NCBI GenBank assembly: GCA_963701965.1 | Contig: OY969695.1 | Location: forward strand, 2,080,001-2,144,000 | Direction of reading: 5' to 3' | Origin: an uncultured Gemmatimonadales bacterium | GTDB lineage: Bacteria > Gemmatimonadota > Gemmatimonadetes > Gemmatimonadales > Gemmatimonadaceae | DNA length: 64,000 nt | Shown: one piece after another, positions 11,394 to 20,939 of the stretch | How positions within the stretch are numbered: the stretch's first letter is position 1 | Layout: each line of letters opens with the position of its first letter | Position numbers and translations under genes: made by a program | Notes under the pieces: model-generated | Database searches by the model: none | Seen by the model: only the letters and a program-made list of their open reading frames with translations | Told to the model about the DNA's origin: nothing

Positions 11394-12278
11394 ATGGGAG
11401 TGCCAATGGTCGATCGGTACTGGACGCTCGTCATCGTTGGGGACGACACCGACTCGCCGCGCACTCTCCGCATATCGGCGCGAGCGCTGCGCCGGGCCCG
11501 CTGGCTCGGCTCGGCGACGCTCGTGGCCGCCTGCCTCGTCCCCGCGGCGCTGTGGGGCTCGCACCGGACCATCACCAATGCCTACGCGACGGTCGCGACA
11601 CCCAATGGTTCCAGCGATGCGGTCGCGATCCTCCGCGATTCGATCCGGTCACTGGACCGGCAGACGACGGCCCTGCGCGTCGTCGCGGGTCTCGCGCCCG
11701 ATGCATCGTATGGCGCGACCGGCGGCGATGGCACCTCGGTCGATTTCCTGATCCACCGGGCGGACTCGCTCTCGGTCGACCTGCAGCAGGTCGCCGCCAA
11801 GTTGAACAGCGATGCCGACCGCGTGGCGCGCACGCCGTCGATCATGCCGACAGCGGGATGGCTCACCAGTCAGTTCTCGCTCTCGCGCTTTCATCCGATC
11901 CTGCACAAGTATCTGCCCCACTTGGGGATCGACGTCGCGGCGCCCTACGGCACGACTGTCGTCGCGCCCGCGGCGGGCACGGTCGTGCGCGCCGGTGTGG
12001 CCAGTGGATATGGGCGCGTCTTGGAGATCGATCACGGCAACGGAATCATCACCAAGTATGGGCATTTGTCGCGATTCCTGGTGCGCGAGCATCAACAGGT
12101 GACGCGGGGCCAGGCGATCGCCGCCGTGGGCAACAGCGGACTGGCGACCGGACCGCACTTGCACTACGAAGTGCACGTGAACGGCGAGGTGGTCGATCCG
12201 CTCACGTATGTGCTGCCGGCCGAAATCCCCGACGTGGTCCGCCCGGGCCACCAGATAGCGGGCGCTCCCGAAGACTGA
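11394..12278 (+). CDS. M23 family metallopeptidase (peptidoglycan endopeptidase)
   Basis: HLGID, YGHL and TGPHLHYEV motifs; N-terminal TM and coiled coil. Confidence 0.92.
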   Translation: MGVPMVDRYWTLVIVGDDTDSPRTLRISARALRRARWLGSATLVAACLVPAALWGSHRTITNAYATVATPNGSSDAVAILRDSIRSLDRQTTALRVVAGLAPDASYGATGGDGTSVDFLIHRADSLSVDLQQVAAKLNSDADRVARTPSIMPTAGWLTSQFSLSRFHPILHKYLPHLGIDVAAPYGTTVVAPAAGTVVRAGVASGYGRVLEIDHGNGIITKYGHLSRFLVREHQQVTRGQAIAAVGNSGLATGPHLHYEVHVNGEVVDPLTYVLPAEIPDVVRPGHQIAGAPED

Positions 12279-12311
12279 TAGATTCGCGGAAGCCCCTCAC
12301 CCGGAGCTTCT

Positions 12312-13457
12312 GTGAGCCTTTCCCGCCGCCGGTTCATGCATTCACTGGGGGCAGGCGCGGCCAGTTCTCTGCTTGCTCCCGTCATTGGAGATCGCGGCTT
12401 GGAAGCGATGACGGCGGGTCACGCCGTGGGCCCTAAGGTCCCAGCGCCGAATGGGATTCGCCTCGACGCCAACGAGAATCCGGACGGACCGGGTCAGGCG
12501 GCGCTCGAGGCGCTCAGGGGATGGACATCCGAGGCCAACCGGTATCCGAAGGACGTGTACCCCGCCCTGCGCGCCGCGGCCGCGACGTCAGTGGGCGCGG
12601 CGCCGGAGAACATTCAACTCAGCGCGGGATCCACGGACATTCTTCGCGGCTGCGTGTACGCGTTCACGTCGCCGACGCGCGCGCTGGTGATGGGCCGCCC
12701 GAGTTTCGAGATGCCGGCGGTGGATGCCGCACGCATCGGCACGCCGGTGCGCGCCATCGACGTGACGACGGACCTCAAGCTCGACCTCGCCGCGATGGTC
12801 GAGGCGGCGCCGGGCGCTGGCCTGGTCTATCTGTGCAATCCCAACAATCCGACCGCCACCGTCCACGGCGCGAACCCGGTGCGCGATTTCATCGCGCGGA
12901 CGCTGCGCGACACGCCCGACCTGACCATTCTCGTGGACGAGGCGTACCACGAGTACGTCGCCGAGCCGACCTACGCGACCATGGTTCCGCTGGCGCTCGA
13001 GAACCCGCGGGTGGTCGTCGCCCGCACGTGCTCCAAAGTGCACGGCCTGGCCGGCATGCGGGTCGGGTACGCGATCGCGCAGCCGGCGACGATCGCCGCC
13101 ATCGGCCGGCACGTGCTCTTCTATGGCGTGACACAACTCAGCGCCGCGGCGGCCGCCGCCAGCCTGGGCGCACGCGATCATGTCGCGCAGGAGGTGGCGC
13201 GGAACCACGAGGCGCGGGAGTTCACGCGCCAGGCCTTGGCCGACGCCGGATATCCCAGCACGCCGTCCGACGCCAACTTCATCATGGTCGACATCCGGCG
13301 CGACGCGAAGCAGTTCCGGACCGACTGCGAATCCCACGGCGTGCTGGTGGGACGGCTCTTCCCTCCGCTCACCACGCACGCGCGCATCTCGATCGGGACG
13401 ATGGACGAGATGCGCCGCGCCGTGGAGGTCTTCCGGACGGTGTTGGTTACGGCATGA
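12312..13457 (+). CDS. HisC-like class I/II PLP aminotransferase with a Tat signal peptide
   Basis: SRRRF twin-arginine leader; NENP, CNPNNPT, DEAY, SKVHGLAGMRVGY. Confidence 0.88.
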   Translation: MSLSRRRFMHSLGAGAASSLLAPVIGDRGLEAMTAGHAVGPKVPAPNGIRLDANENPDGPGQAALEALRGWTSEANRYPKDVYPALRAAAATSVGAAPENIQLSAGSTDILRGCVYAFTSPTRALVMGRPSFEMPAVDAARIGTPVRAIDVTTDLKLDLAAMVEAAPGAGLVYLCNPNNPTATVHGANPVRDFIARTLRDTPDLTILVDEAYHEYVAEPTYATMVPLALENPRVVVARTCSKVHGLAGMRVGYAIAQPATIAAIGRHVLFYGVTQLSAAAAAASLGARDHVAQEVARNHEAREFTRQALADAGYPSTPSDANFIMVDIRRDAKQFRTDCESHGVLVGRLFPPLTTHARISIGTMDEMRRAVEVFRTVLVTA

Positions 13458-15327
13458 TCGGCAGCTCAATGTAGGACGCCGTCGGGCCGGCGCAGAACAC
13501 GCGCTGCGTGGCCGGCACGAAGTCGCTGGCGACCGCCTTGTAGATGTCGGGCACGAACTTCTGCGGGTTCCGATCGATCACCGGGAACCACGTCGACTGC
13601 ACCTGCACCATGATGCGATGGCCTTTCTGGAACACGTGATCGTGGTCCCGGAGCGGGAGGACCCACTCCGTCGTCTGGCCCGGCACCAGCGGATGCGGTT
13701 GCTCGTACCCCCCGTGATAGCGACCGCGCTGGACTTCCATGGCGATCGGGAGCTCGTAGCCGTTCATGGACTGGCGATACTGGCCGGGCGCGGGGCCCGC
13801 CTCCGCGTTCCAGGCATTCGCTTGCGCGTCGTTCGAGAAGACATCGATCAGCTTGACGATGAAATCGGCGTCGCTCCCCGTCGTTGATGCGAAGAGGTGC
13901 GCCGCCAGCGGGCCCGTGATCGTCACGGCGTGATCGAGCGGCCCCGTCTCGAACGTCAAGACGTCGGGACGACGATCCACGAAGCGCTGATCGGCCACCT
14001 CCCACGTGCGCCAGTCGCCGGCGGGATACGTCGGCGAGATCGGGCGTTGCCGATAGGGGACCGGGTTCGCCGGGTCTGATACGTACTCTCGGAAGTGCGT
14101 TCCCGTCGCCGCGGTGAAGCTCAGCGTGCCATCAGCATGCAGGAACAACTTCGTCGCCTTGGCCGCCTCCGGCGGCCAGGCGTCATAGGTGTGCCACGTG
14201 TTGGAGCCGGACTGGAAAGTCGAGACGACCCAGGGCAGCTTGGATCCCTGGCCGTGCAAGTAGTGGCGAAAGAACGGCGCTTCGATCGTTTCGCGGAACT
14301 CACGCGATGTCTCGTGGCCGAGCGACACGATGCCGATGCTATCGCCCTTGGGCGCTTGCCATTCGCCATGGTACCACGGACCGGCGACCATGAAGTTCGT
14401 GTGGTCCGGGTCGTGTTCCGCCGCGTGGCGGAAGATCTGCCACGGGCCCCAGGGATCTTCTTGGTCCCAAAAGCCGGCGACGTTGAGATTCGGCACCGTC
14501 GACGCGTGGAGCTGGTTTACCCACGCCTCTTTTTTCCAAAATGTGTCGTAGTCCGGGTTTTCAACCGTCGAGTTCCAGAACGGGATTTTGCCGTGGAGAT
14601 ATTTGGCATTGATGTTCGAGAGCGGCCCCGCGTCGAGATACCACTGATACGTGTCGTAGGTGTCGAACGCGAAGTGCGTGTTGGCGTTCTTGTCCGATTG
14701 CTCCATGACGGCATACTCGACGGCGTAACTCTCGCGCAGCGCGCCGTACCGGTGCATGTCGTCGTTCATCCATTGATCGACCGGCGACGCTTGCTCGCTC
14801 ATGGCCTTGAGCGCCGGATGCGGATGTAGGAGCGCCATCGCCGAGGTCAGGCCGTCGTAGGATACGCCGTACATGCCGACTTTGCCGTTGTTGTTCGGCA
14901 CATTCTTGATCAACCAATCAATGCTGTCGTAGGCATCCGTGGTCTCGTTGGTCGCCTTGGGATTGGTCAGGTCCACTTGCAATGAGAGATTGAATACGCC
15001 CTCGGACTTGAACCGGCCGCGGAGGTTTTGGACCACGAAGATGTAGCCGTCCTGTGCCAGCTCTTTGAGATTCGACGGGATTTGATCCGGGGCTTTCGCC
15101 GGCACGCCGTACGGCGTGCGGCGAAACAGGATGGGCAACGGGCCGTTCGCGTGGGTTGGCGTCAGAATGACGGTTTGCAGGTGTACCCCATCCCGAACGG
15201 GGACCATCACTTCCTGATACGTGAACACCGGAGGGGCCGCGAGCGGCACCGATCGTGACGGCTCCTGCGCCCCAGTGCCGCTCGCGATACCGGCGGCAAC
15301 GCACACCGTGAACAGTCTACGCATCAC
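13447..15327 (-). CDS. CocE/NonD family hydrolase (S15; alpha-amino-acid ester hydrolase/glutaryl-7-ACA acylase-like)
   Basis: RDGVHL, RTPYG, RGRFKSEG, GVSYDG nucleophile, GPWYHG; GTGA overlap with the upstream stop. Confidence 0.92.
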   Translation of the reverse strand: MMRRLFTVCVAAGIASGTGAQEPSRSVPLAAPPVFTYQEVMVPVRDGVHLQTVILTPTHANGPLPILFRRTPYGVPAKAPDQIPSNLKELAQDGYIFVVQNLRGRFKSEGVFNLSLQVDLTNPKATNETTDAYDSIDWLIKNVPNNNGKVGMYGVSYDGLTSAMALLHPHPALKAMSEQASPVDQWMNDDMHRYGALRESYAVEYAVMEQSDKNANTHFAFDTYDTYQWYLDAGPLSNINAKYLHGKIPFWNSTVENPDYDTFWKKEAWVNQLHASTVPNLNVAGFWDQEDPWGPWQIFRHAAEHDPDHTNFMVAGPWYHGEWQAPKGDSIGIVSLGHETSREFRETIEAPFFRHYLHGQGSKLPWVVSTFQSGSNTWHTYDAWPPEAAKATKLFLHADGTLSFTAATGTHFREYVSDPANPVPYRQRPISPTYPAGDWRTWEVADQRFVDRRPDVLTFETGPLDHAVTITGPLAAHLFASTTGSDADFIVKLIDVFSNDAQANAWNAEAGPAPGQYRQSMNGYELPIAMEVQRGRYHGGYEQPHPLVPGQTTEWVLPLRDHDHVFQKGHRIMVQVQSTWFPVIDRNPQKFVPDIYKAVASDFVPATQRVFCAGPTASYIELPIMP

Positions 15328-16277
15328 TTGCCCCCCGTCTCGAGTCCGTCCACGAGATAGCCTTGCTTGGCGAGACCCTGGAGCTGCGTGCCATCGTGGC
15401 TGATGGCGACGGCCACGCCCGCGGGTTCCACCACATTCTTGAGCCACGCAATTTGCTGCGCAATGCGTCCCCGGTCTTCACTGAGCTGACGGCTCACCGA
15501 ATCCGGCTTTTGCCGCTGCTGGTCCACGCCCAACTTGAGCCAGGTCACGTCGCCGGCGAAGAGAATCTCCTTGCCGGACGCGAGCTTCACGTAGACCATC
15601 TGGGCGCCAGGCGTGTGCCCGGGCGTGCGCACGAGCACGACCCCGGGCGCGATCGGCAACACCCGGTCGTAGTCGACGACGAGATAGCGATGCCTCCGCG
15701 CCGAATCGAGCGACGTGAAGGCGACCTTGGGCTTCGTGAGCAGCGTCTCCATCTGCTGCCGCGTGAGCAACGTGTGCGGCGCCACATCATCGGCGACCGG
15801 CGACTTGAGGAGCGTGCCGACGTGATCAATGTGCTCGTGCGTGATCACAATGAGGCCGGACCCGCGGAGGGCATCGAGGATCTTCTGGTACCGGTCCTCG
15901 TGAAAATCACTGCCCTTGGATTTAGGATCGCGCGGGTACGCGGCGTCCACCATGACCCACCCGTGGGGATAGCGCACCTGAAAGACGGGCGTGATGGAGA
16001 ACACGTTGGATTTCGGCGCGCCGTCGACCGCGTCGCCGGCGGCGCCCGAGTCCTCCTGGGCGCTCAGGTAGCCGATGGACACGGGCAGCGGACCGGGCAC
16101 CGCATGCACCAGGGCGCGCGTTTCCGCAAGTAACAATGCGTCGTAGGGGCCGGCTTCCTGCGCGTGGAGCGCTGGACAAAAACTGTACGCCACGCAAGCC
16201 GCGGCAATGAAAGCGGTCGAACCGACACGAGTCAGCGGCGACAAGGTTCGCCCTCCAGGTCGTTTGGGGTCCCCCAT
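15324..16277 (-). CDS. Secreted MBL-fold metallo-hydrolase
   Basis: THEHIDH, TPGHTPG, FAGD, ISHD. Confidence 0.88.
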   Translation of the reverse strand: MGDPKRPGGRTLSPLTRVGSTAFIAAACVAYSFCPALHAQEAGPYDALLLAETRALVHAVPGPLPVSIGYLSAQEDSGAAGDAVDGAPKSNVFSITPVFQVRYPHGWVMVDAAYPRDPKSKGSDFHEDRYQKILDALRGSGLIVITHEHIDHVGTLLKSPVADDVAPHTLLTRQQMETLLTKPKVAFTSLDSARRHRYLVVDYDRVLPIAPGVVLVRTPGHTPGAQMVYVKLASGKEILFAGDVTWLKLGVDQQRQKPDSVSRQLSEDRGRIAQQIAWLKNVVEPAGVAVAISHDGTQLQGLAKQGYLVDGLETGGK

Positions 16278-16328
16278 ATTACGCCCTGCCGCGTTTGGTC
16301 GTCCACTGGGCACGGGAGGAGTGTGTCC

Positions 16329-16805
16329 ATGACCGACGGTAAGTGGACGACCGTGTTGCGGAAGCTGGAGCGGGAATTCGACGGCCTTCCGCCTGAACCG
16401 ACCCCCGCGCGACCTGTGTCACCGGTCGTGCTGCGCGCCCGGCGGGCGAGCGAGCGGCAAACGCTCGTCAAGACGCTGGAACGCCGGCAGAAGCGCAATG
16501 TGGTGCTCGGGACGACCGGTCGACTGGTTCTCGTGTTCGCGCTCGCCGCGACCATCAACTTCTGGCCCTATGGCCACGCGTGCGGCTTCGGCCTCATCAC
16601 GTATGTCGCGGCGCAAGCGCTGATCGTCGTCGGGGGACTCTGGACCGCGATCTGGACGTGGAACCAGCGGATCCCCCACGCGCACGGGGTGGCAATGGCA
16701 ATGGTCCTCTGGGGGTTGGTGCTGCTCGCCGGCCAGGTGTTGCCGCGGGTGGGCTACGCCCGGGTGGACCCGGCGAACCCACCGCATTGGTGGTGCGCCG
16801 ACTAG
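16329..16805 (+). CDS. Hypothetical membrane protein (3 TM)
   Basis: GGAGGAG RBS; hydrophobic segments; WPYGHACGFGL and LPRVGYA...WWC. Confidence 0.65.
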   Translation: MTDGKWTTVLRKLEREFDGLPPEPTPARPVSPVVLRARRASERQTLVKTLERRQKRNVVLGTTGRLVLVFALAATINFWPYGHACGFGLITYVAAQALIVVGGLWTAIWTWNQRIPHAHGVAMAMVLWGLVLLAGQVLPRVGYARVDPANPPHWWCAD

Positions 16806-16859
16806 TGCGCAACTAGCGGGCGACTAGCAAGATCGTGGCGCGGTGAACATACTGTTGCC

Positions 16860-18914
16860 ATGCGCTCCGAACTCTGTGCCGCGATGCTCGCGCTCGCGGC
16901 GTTTGCACCCGCGGGCGCGCAAGCGCCCACGCACCGCCCGCTGCGGCCCACCGACCTCTACCAACTCGTCGCCGTCGGCGACCCGCAGCGGTCACCCAAT
17001 GGCCAATGGGTGGCCTATACCGTGTCGACGGTCGACTCGGCCGGCGACAAGAACCACTCGGACATCCGGATGACGAGCTGGGACGGGACGCAAACGCTCC
17101 CGCTCACGTCCGGGTCGGCCAGCACGTCCCGGCCGCGCTTCAGTCCCGACGGACGGTATCTGGGCTTCCTGTCCTCGCGCGAGGATTCGAACGAGACGAC
17201 GCAGCTCTGGTTACTGAACCGCCAGGGCGGCGAAGGAGTGCGCGTCACCAGCCTCGTGGGGAGTGTCGAAGACTTCGTCTGGTCGCCCGATGGCAAACGG
17301 ATCGCGCTCGTCGTCGAGGATGACTCGACGCCGGCGGACACGGCCAAGCACGGCAAGAACAAAAAGCCGAAGCCGATCTTCATCGACCGCTTTCATTTCA
17401 AGGAAGACGTGACCGGCTACCTGGGCAAGAAGCGCTCGCATCTGTACGTGTTCGACGTCGCGACGCACCAGTCGCAGATCCTGACGCCGGATCAGTACGA
17501 CGAGGAAATGCCGGCGTGGTCGCCCGATGGCGCGCGCTTGGCGTTCGTCAGTAAACGGTCGCCGGCGGACGTCGACCGGGCGGACAACTGGGACGTGTTC
17601 GTCATGGACGCGCGTCCCGGGGCACCGGCCGTGCAGCTGACGACGTCGCCGGGACGGGACAACCCGCCGGGAGGGAGCCGCCTGGCCTGGAGCCCCGACG
17701 GCACGCTGATCGCCTACGTGCGCGGCAGCCCGGACCCGAAGTTGTTCGCCTACGACGAGAACGAGCTTGCCGTTGTCCCGGCCGCCGGGGGCGAGCCGCG
17801 AGCGCTGGCGACGGCCCTCGACCGCCCGGTCGCCGACCCGCAATGGGCGAGCGATGGCAAGACGATCACGGTGTTGGTCGAGGACGACAGGTCCCGCTAT
17901 CCGGCGCGTGTCAATGTCGCCTCGGGCGCGGTCACGCGCTTGTTGCCGGGTGAGATGGTCGTGTCGGGCGCCTCGCTGGGACACGACGGGGCGCTGACGG
18001 CACTCGTGACGACGGATGCGCAGCCGGCCGAGGTCGTCGCCCTGGAAAACGGGGCGCTGCGCCGGCTCACGCATCTGAACAATGCCTGGTTGGCGAACAT
18101 CGACCTGGGGATGACCGAGGACTTTGCCTCGCGCAGCAAGGACGGCACGGACGTCCATGGCCTCATCCGAAAACCGGTCGGCTATGTCGATGGCCACCGC
18201 TATCCGACGCTGCTCCGCATCCACGGGGGGCCGAACGGCCAGGACGAGCATGGATTCAACTTCGAGTCGGCGCTCTTTGCCGCGAATGGGTACGCGGTGG
18301 TCGAGGTGAACTATCGCGGAAGCTCGGGACGGGGCGCGGCGTTCCAGCGCGCGATCCTCGCCGACTGGGGCCACAAAGAGGTGATCGACCTGCTCGGCGC
18401 CATGGACCGCGTGCTGGCCATGGGTCTCGCCGACTCGGCGCGACTCGGCATCGGCGGCTGGAGCTACGGCGGGATCCTCACGGACTACACGATCGCCACC
18501 GACCATCGGTTCAAGGCGGCTACGAGCGGCGCTGGCAGCGCGCTCCAGCTCGCCATGTACGGCGTCGACGAGTACATCACGCAGTATGTCGCCGAGTTGG
18601 GCGAACCGTGGGAGCACCCGGATCTGTGGATCAAGGTCTCGTACCCGTTCTTCCACGCCGATCGCATCAACACGCCAACGCTGTTCCTGGGCGGGGATCA
18701 GGATTTCAACGTGCCGTTGATCGGCGGCGAGCAGATGTACCAAGCCCTCCGCGCGCTCAACGTCCCATCCGCGCTCGTGATCTACCCGGGCCAGTTCCAT
18801 GGCATCTCGCGGCCGAGCTTCAAGGTCGACCGCCTGCAGCGCTACCTGGACTGGTACGCCAAGTATCTCAAACCCTCGGCAACCACGGTCTCGGCCTCGG
18901 CACGAGGGAACTAA
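16860..18914 (+). CDS. S9 family peptidase (acylaminoacyl/dipeptidyl peptidase-like)
   Basis: Signal peptide, WSPDG propeller repeats, IHGGP, NYRGSSGRG, GWSYGG, DFNVP, YPGQFH. Confidence 0.95.
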   Translation: MRSELCAAMLALAAFAPAGAQAPTHRPLRPTDLYQLVAVGDPQRSPNGQWVAYTVSTVDSAGDKNHSDIRMTSWDGTQTLPLTSGSASTSRPRFSPDGRYLGFLSSREDSNETTQLWLLNRQGGEGVRVTSLVGSVEDFVWSPDGKRIALVVEDDSTPADTAKHGKNKKPKPIFIDRFHFKEDVTGYLGKKRSHLYVFDVATHQSQILTPDQYDEEMPAWSPDGARLAFVSKRSPADVDRADNWDVFVMDARPGAPAVQLTTSPGRDNPPGGSRLAWSPDGTLIAYVRGSPDPKLFAYDENELAVVPAAGGEPRALATALDRPVADPQWASDGKTITVLVEDDRSRYPARVNVASGAVTRLLPGEMVVSGASLGHDGALTALVTTDAQPAEVVALENGALRRLTHLNNAWLANIDLGMTEDFASRSKDGTDVHGLIRKPVGYVDGHRYPTLLRIHGGPNGQDEHGFNFESALFAANGYAVVEVNYRGSSGRGAAFQRAILADWGHKEVIDLLGAMDRVLAMGLADSARLGIGGWSYGGILTDYTIATDHRFKAATSGAGSALQLAMYGVDEYITQYVAELGEPWEHPDLWIKVSYPFFHADRINTPTLFLGGDQDFNVPLIGGEQMYQALRALNVPSALVIYPGQFHGISRPSFKVDRLQRYLDWYAKYLKPSATTVSASARGN

Positions 18915-18949
18915 ACCCATCGGGCCATGGCGACTTTCGCGACACACTG

Positions 18950-19621
18950 ATGCGCATCGCGGTCCCCGGCGCCGGCGAGGTGTCGGCGCTGCTCGTGCTG
19001 GCGCCGGAGACGCGCGCCATGCTGGTGCTGGCCCATGGGGCGGGCGCGGGGATGACGCACCCGTTCATGGAGAACCTGGCGAAGGAGTTGGCGCAGGGCG
19101 GAGTCGCGACGCTGCGCTATCAGTTCCCGTACATGGAGCACCAGCGCCGGAAGCCGGACACGGCGGCCGTGGCGCAGGCCACGGTGGCCGCGGCCGTGCG
19201 CGCGGCGTACGACGTGGCCCCCGGCATCACGCTGCTGGCCGGCGGGAAGTCGTTCGGCGGCCGGATGACGTCGCAGGCTGCCGCCGAGCAGTTGCTCCCC
19301 GATGTGCGCGGCCTCGTGTTCGTCGGCTTCCCGCTGCACCCGCCCGGCCGTCCGGGAACCTCCCGCGCCGCGCATCTCGCCAACGTCACCGTGCCCATGC
19401 TGTTCTTGCAGGGGAGCAGGGACGAATTCGCGGACATCGATCTCTTGCAACCCATCGTTCGCGGACTCGCCCCCCGGGCGACCCTGCATCTCATTGATGG
19501 CGCCGACCACGGCTTCCACGTGCTCAAGCGCACCGGACGCACCGACGCCGACGTGCTCCGCGAGTTGGCGCAGACGATCGTCCGTTACGCGGCCTTCTTG
19601 TACGAGACGCGCGCCGAGTAG
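18950..19621 (+). CDS. Alpha/beta hydrolase (KANL3/Tex30-like)
   Basis: LAHGAGAGM, GGKSFGGR, GFPLHPPG, QGSRD, ADHGF. Confidence 0.88.
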   Translation: MRIAVPGAGEVSALLVLAPETRAMLVLAHGAGAGMTHPFMENLAKELAQGGVATLRYQFPYMEHQRRKPDTAAVAQATVAAAVRAAYDVAPGITLLAGGKSFGGRMTSQAAAEQLLPDVRGLVFVGFPLHPPGRPGTSRAAHLANVTVPMLFLQGSRDEFADIDLLQPIVRGLAPRATLHLIDGADHGFHVLKRTGRTDADVLRELAQTIVRYAAFLYETRAE

Positions 19622-19704
19622 ATCAGGAGCCCGGGCTCCGTATAGTTCGGATACTTCTGCTTCATCGCGGCGACCAACGCGTCGGCGTCCGGCGCGGTCG
19701 ACCA
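19585..19704 (-). pseudogene. Orphan 3' gene fragment resembling an MBL-fold hydrolase C-terminus
   Basis: Manual translation WSTAPDADALVAAMKQKYPNYTEPGLLIYSARVSYKKAA*; GC3-rich codons; an in-frame stop lies three codons upstream. Confidence 0.5.
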
Positions 19705-20048
19705 CGGATCGTATCACTGACCGTATAGTCGTGCCCGATGGCGAGCGGCTGTCGTTCGTCGACGTCCAGTCCATCGACTGGATCGAGGCCTACGGTAACT
19801 ACGTGCGGGTGCACGCGGGCGCGCGCACCCACCTGGTCCGTACGACGATGGCCCGCATCGCCGGCCGGGTCGGGCCGGACACGTTCGTCCGCGTGCGACG
19901 ATCAGCGCTGGTGAACGTGCGGGCCATCGTGACGGTCGAGCCGTACGCCAAAGGCATGTTCGTCCTCCACCTGCGCACCGGGGCGAAGCTGATCTCCAGC
20001 CGGTATCACCAACCGGCGCTACGGAAGCTGCTGCGCGCCGACGGGTAG
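19692..20048 (+). pseudogene. LytTR DNA-binding domain lacking its N-terminus
   Basis: IDWIEAYGNYVRVH and FVRVRRSALVN; no receiver domain and no convincing RBS/start. Confidence 0.7.
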
Positions 20049-20061
20049 CCGGGTACTCCGG

Positions 20062-20511
20062 TCACTTCGGGGTCTTCGTGCTATCGAGCCACTGCGAGAC
20101 GCCGCCGTGGTTCGAGCAGGTACCCGAGTGTGACTTGCTGTGCGAGTATAGCCCGTCCTTGCACTTGGCGATCGCACCAGTCGGGTCCATCGTCTCGGAC
20201 TTCCCCGAGGTACTGCTGTTCATCTTTGATGGCGGCGGCGTCGTTGGAGCTTTCGTCGTAGGAGCCGGCGCCGGAGCACGCGCCGGAGCAGGCGCCGCGG
20301 TGGGCGCCGGAGCGGGCGCTGCCGGAGTCTTGGTGACGGCGCCATTCGACGCCGACTTCGTCTTGTCGACTCCGCCATGATGCGAGCACGCACCTTTGCC
20401 GGTCGTCGTGGACGTGGTGCCGTCTTTGCAGATCAGCGAGATCGTACTGTCCTGCCCGCGTGCCGACAACGGGACCAAGACCATCGCGAGACCGCATACC
20501 AACGCCTTCAT
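20062..20511 (-). CDS. Secreted DUF3761-like protein with two Cys/His domains and a Pro/Ala/Thr linker
   Basis: CKDG...GACSHHGGV and CKDG...GTCSNHGGV; GAGGAG RBS. Confidence 0.8.
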   Translation of the reverse strand: MKALVCGLAMVLVPLSARGQDSTISLICKDGTTSTTTGKGACSHHGGVDKTKSASNGAVTKTPAAPAPAPTAAPAPARAPAPAPTTKAPTTPPPSKMNSSTSGKSETMDPTGAIAKCKDGLYSHSKSHSGTCSNHGGVSQWLDSTKTPK

Positions 20512-20576
20512 AAGCTCCTCCGTTGAGCTCTCGTCTCGGAGCAATCTCTGGAAGACTGGTGCCAGACCAATATCCC

Positions 20577-20930
20577 ATGCACACGATCCTCATCGCGTTC
20601 AGCTCCCTTCTCCTCGGCGATCCCGACAGCTTGGCTGTCAACGCCGCCGAGTACGATGGGTGGAAGACGTATCACGTGTACTGCGACCGTTGCCACGGCC
20701 AGGACGCGACGGGCAGCTCATTCGCCCCGAATCTGCAGCGCTCCGTTGGCCCCCAGGGCGCGGTGAATCACGACGTCTTCATCCAAAAGACCACCGACGG
20801 CGTGATCGACAAGGGCATGCCGGCGTGGAAAAGCCAGCTGAGCACGCAGCAAATGGGCAACATCTACGCCTATCTGCGCGCGCGCAGCTCCGGCCGGCTT
20901 GCCGCCGGCCGGCCGCACGTCGTCCCCTAG
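20577..20930 (+). CDS. Monoheme cytochrome c (class I, c550/MoxG-like)
   Basis: CDRCH heme motif and GMPAW axial Met. Confidence 0.85.
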   Translation: MHTILIAFSSLLLGDPDSLAVNAAEYDGWKTYHVYCDRCHGQDATGSSFAPNLQRSVGPQGAVNHDVFIQKTTDGVIDKGMPAWKSQLSTQQMGNIYAYLRARSSGRLAAGRPHVVP

Positions 20931-20939
20931 CCCACGCCG

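Noticed and set aside
16800..16830. Three ACTAG copies in a short intergenic region
   Set aside because: Too short to distinguish from chance; one is a stop codon.
20255..20325. GCCGGAGC-type short repeats
   Set aside because: They encode the Pro/Ala linker of the DUF3761-like protein.
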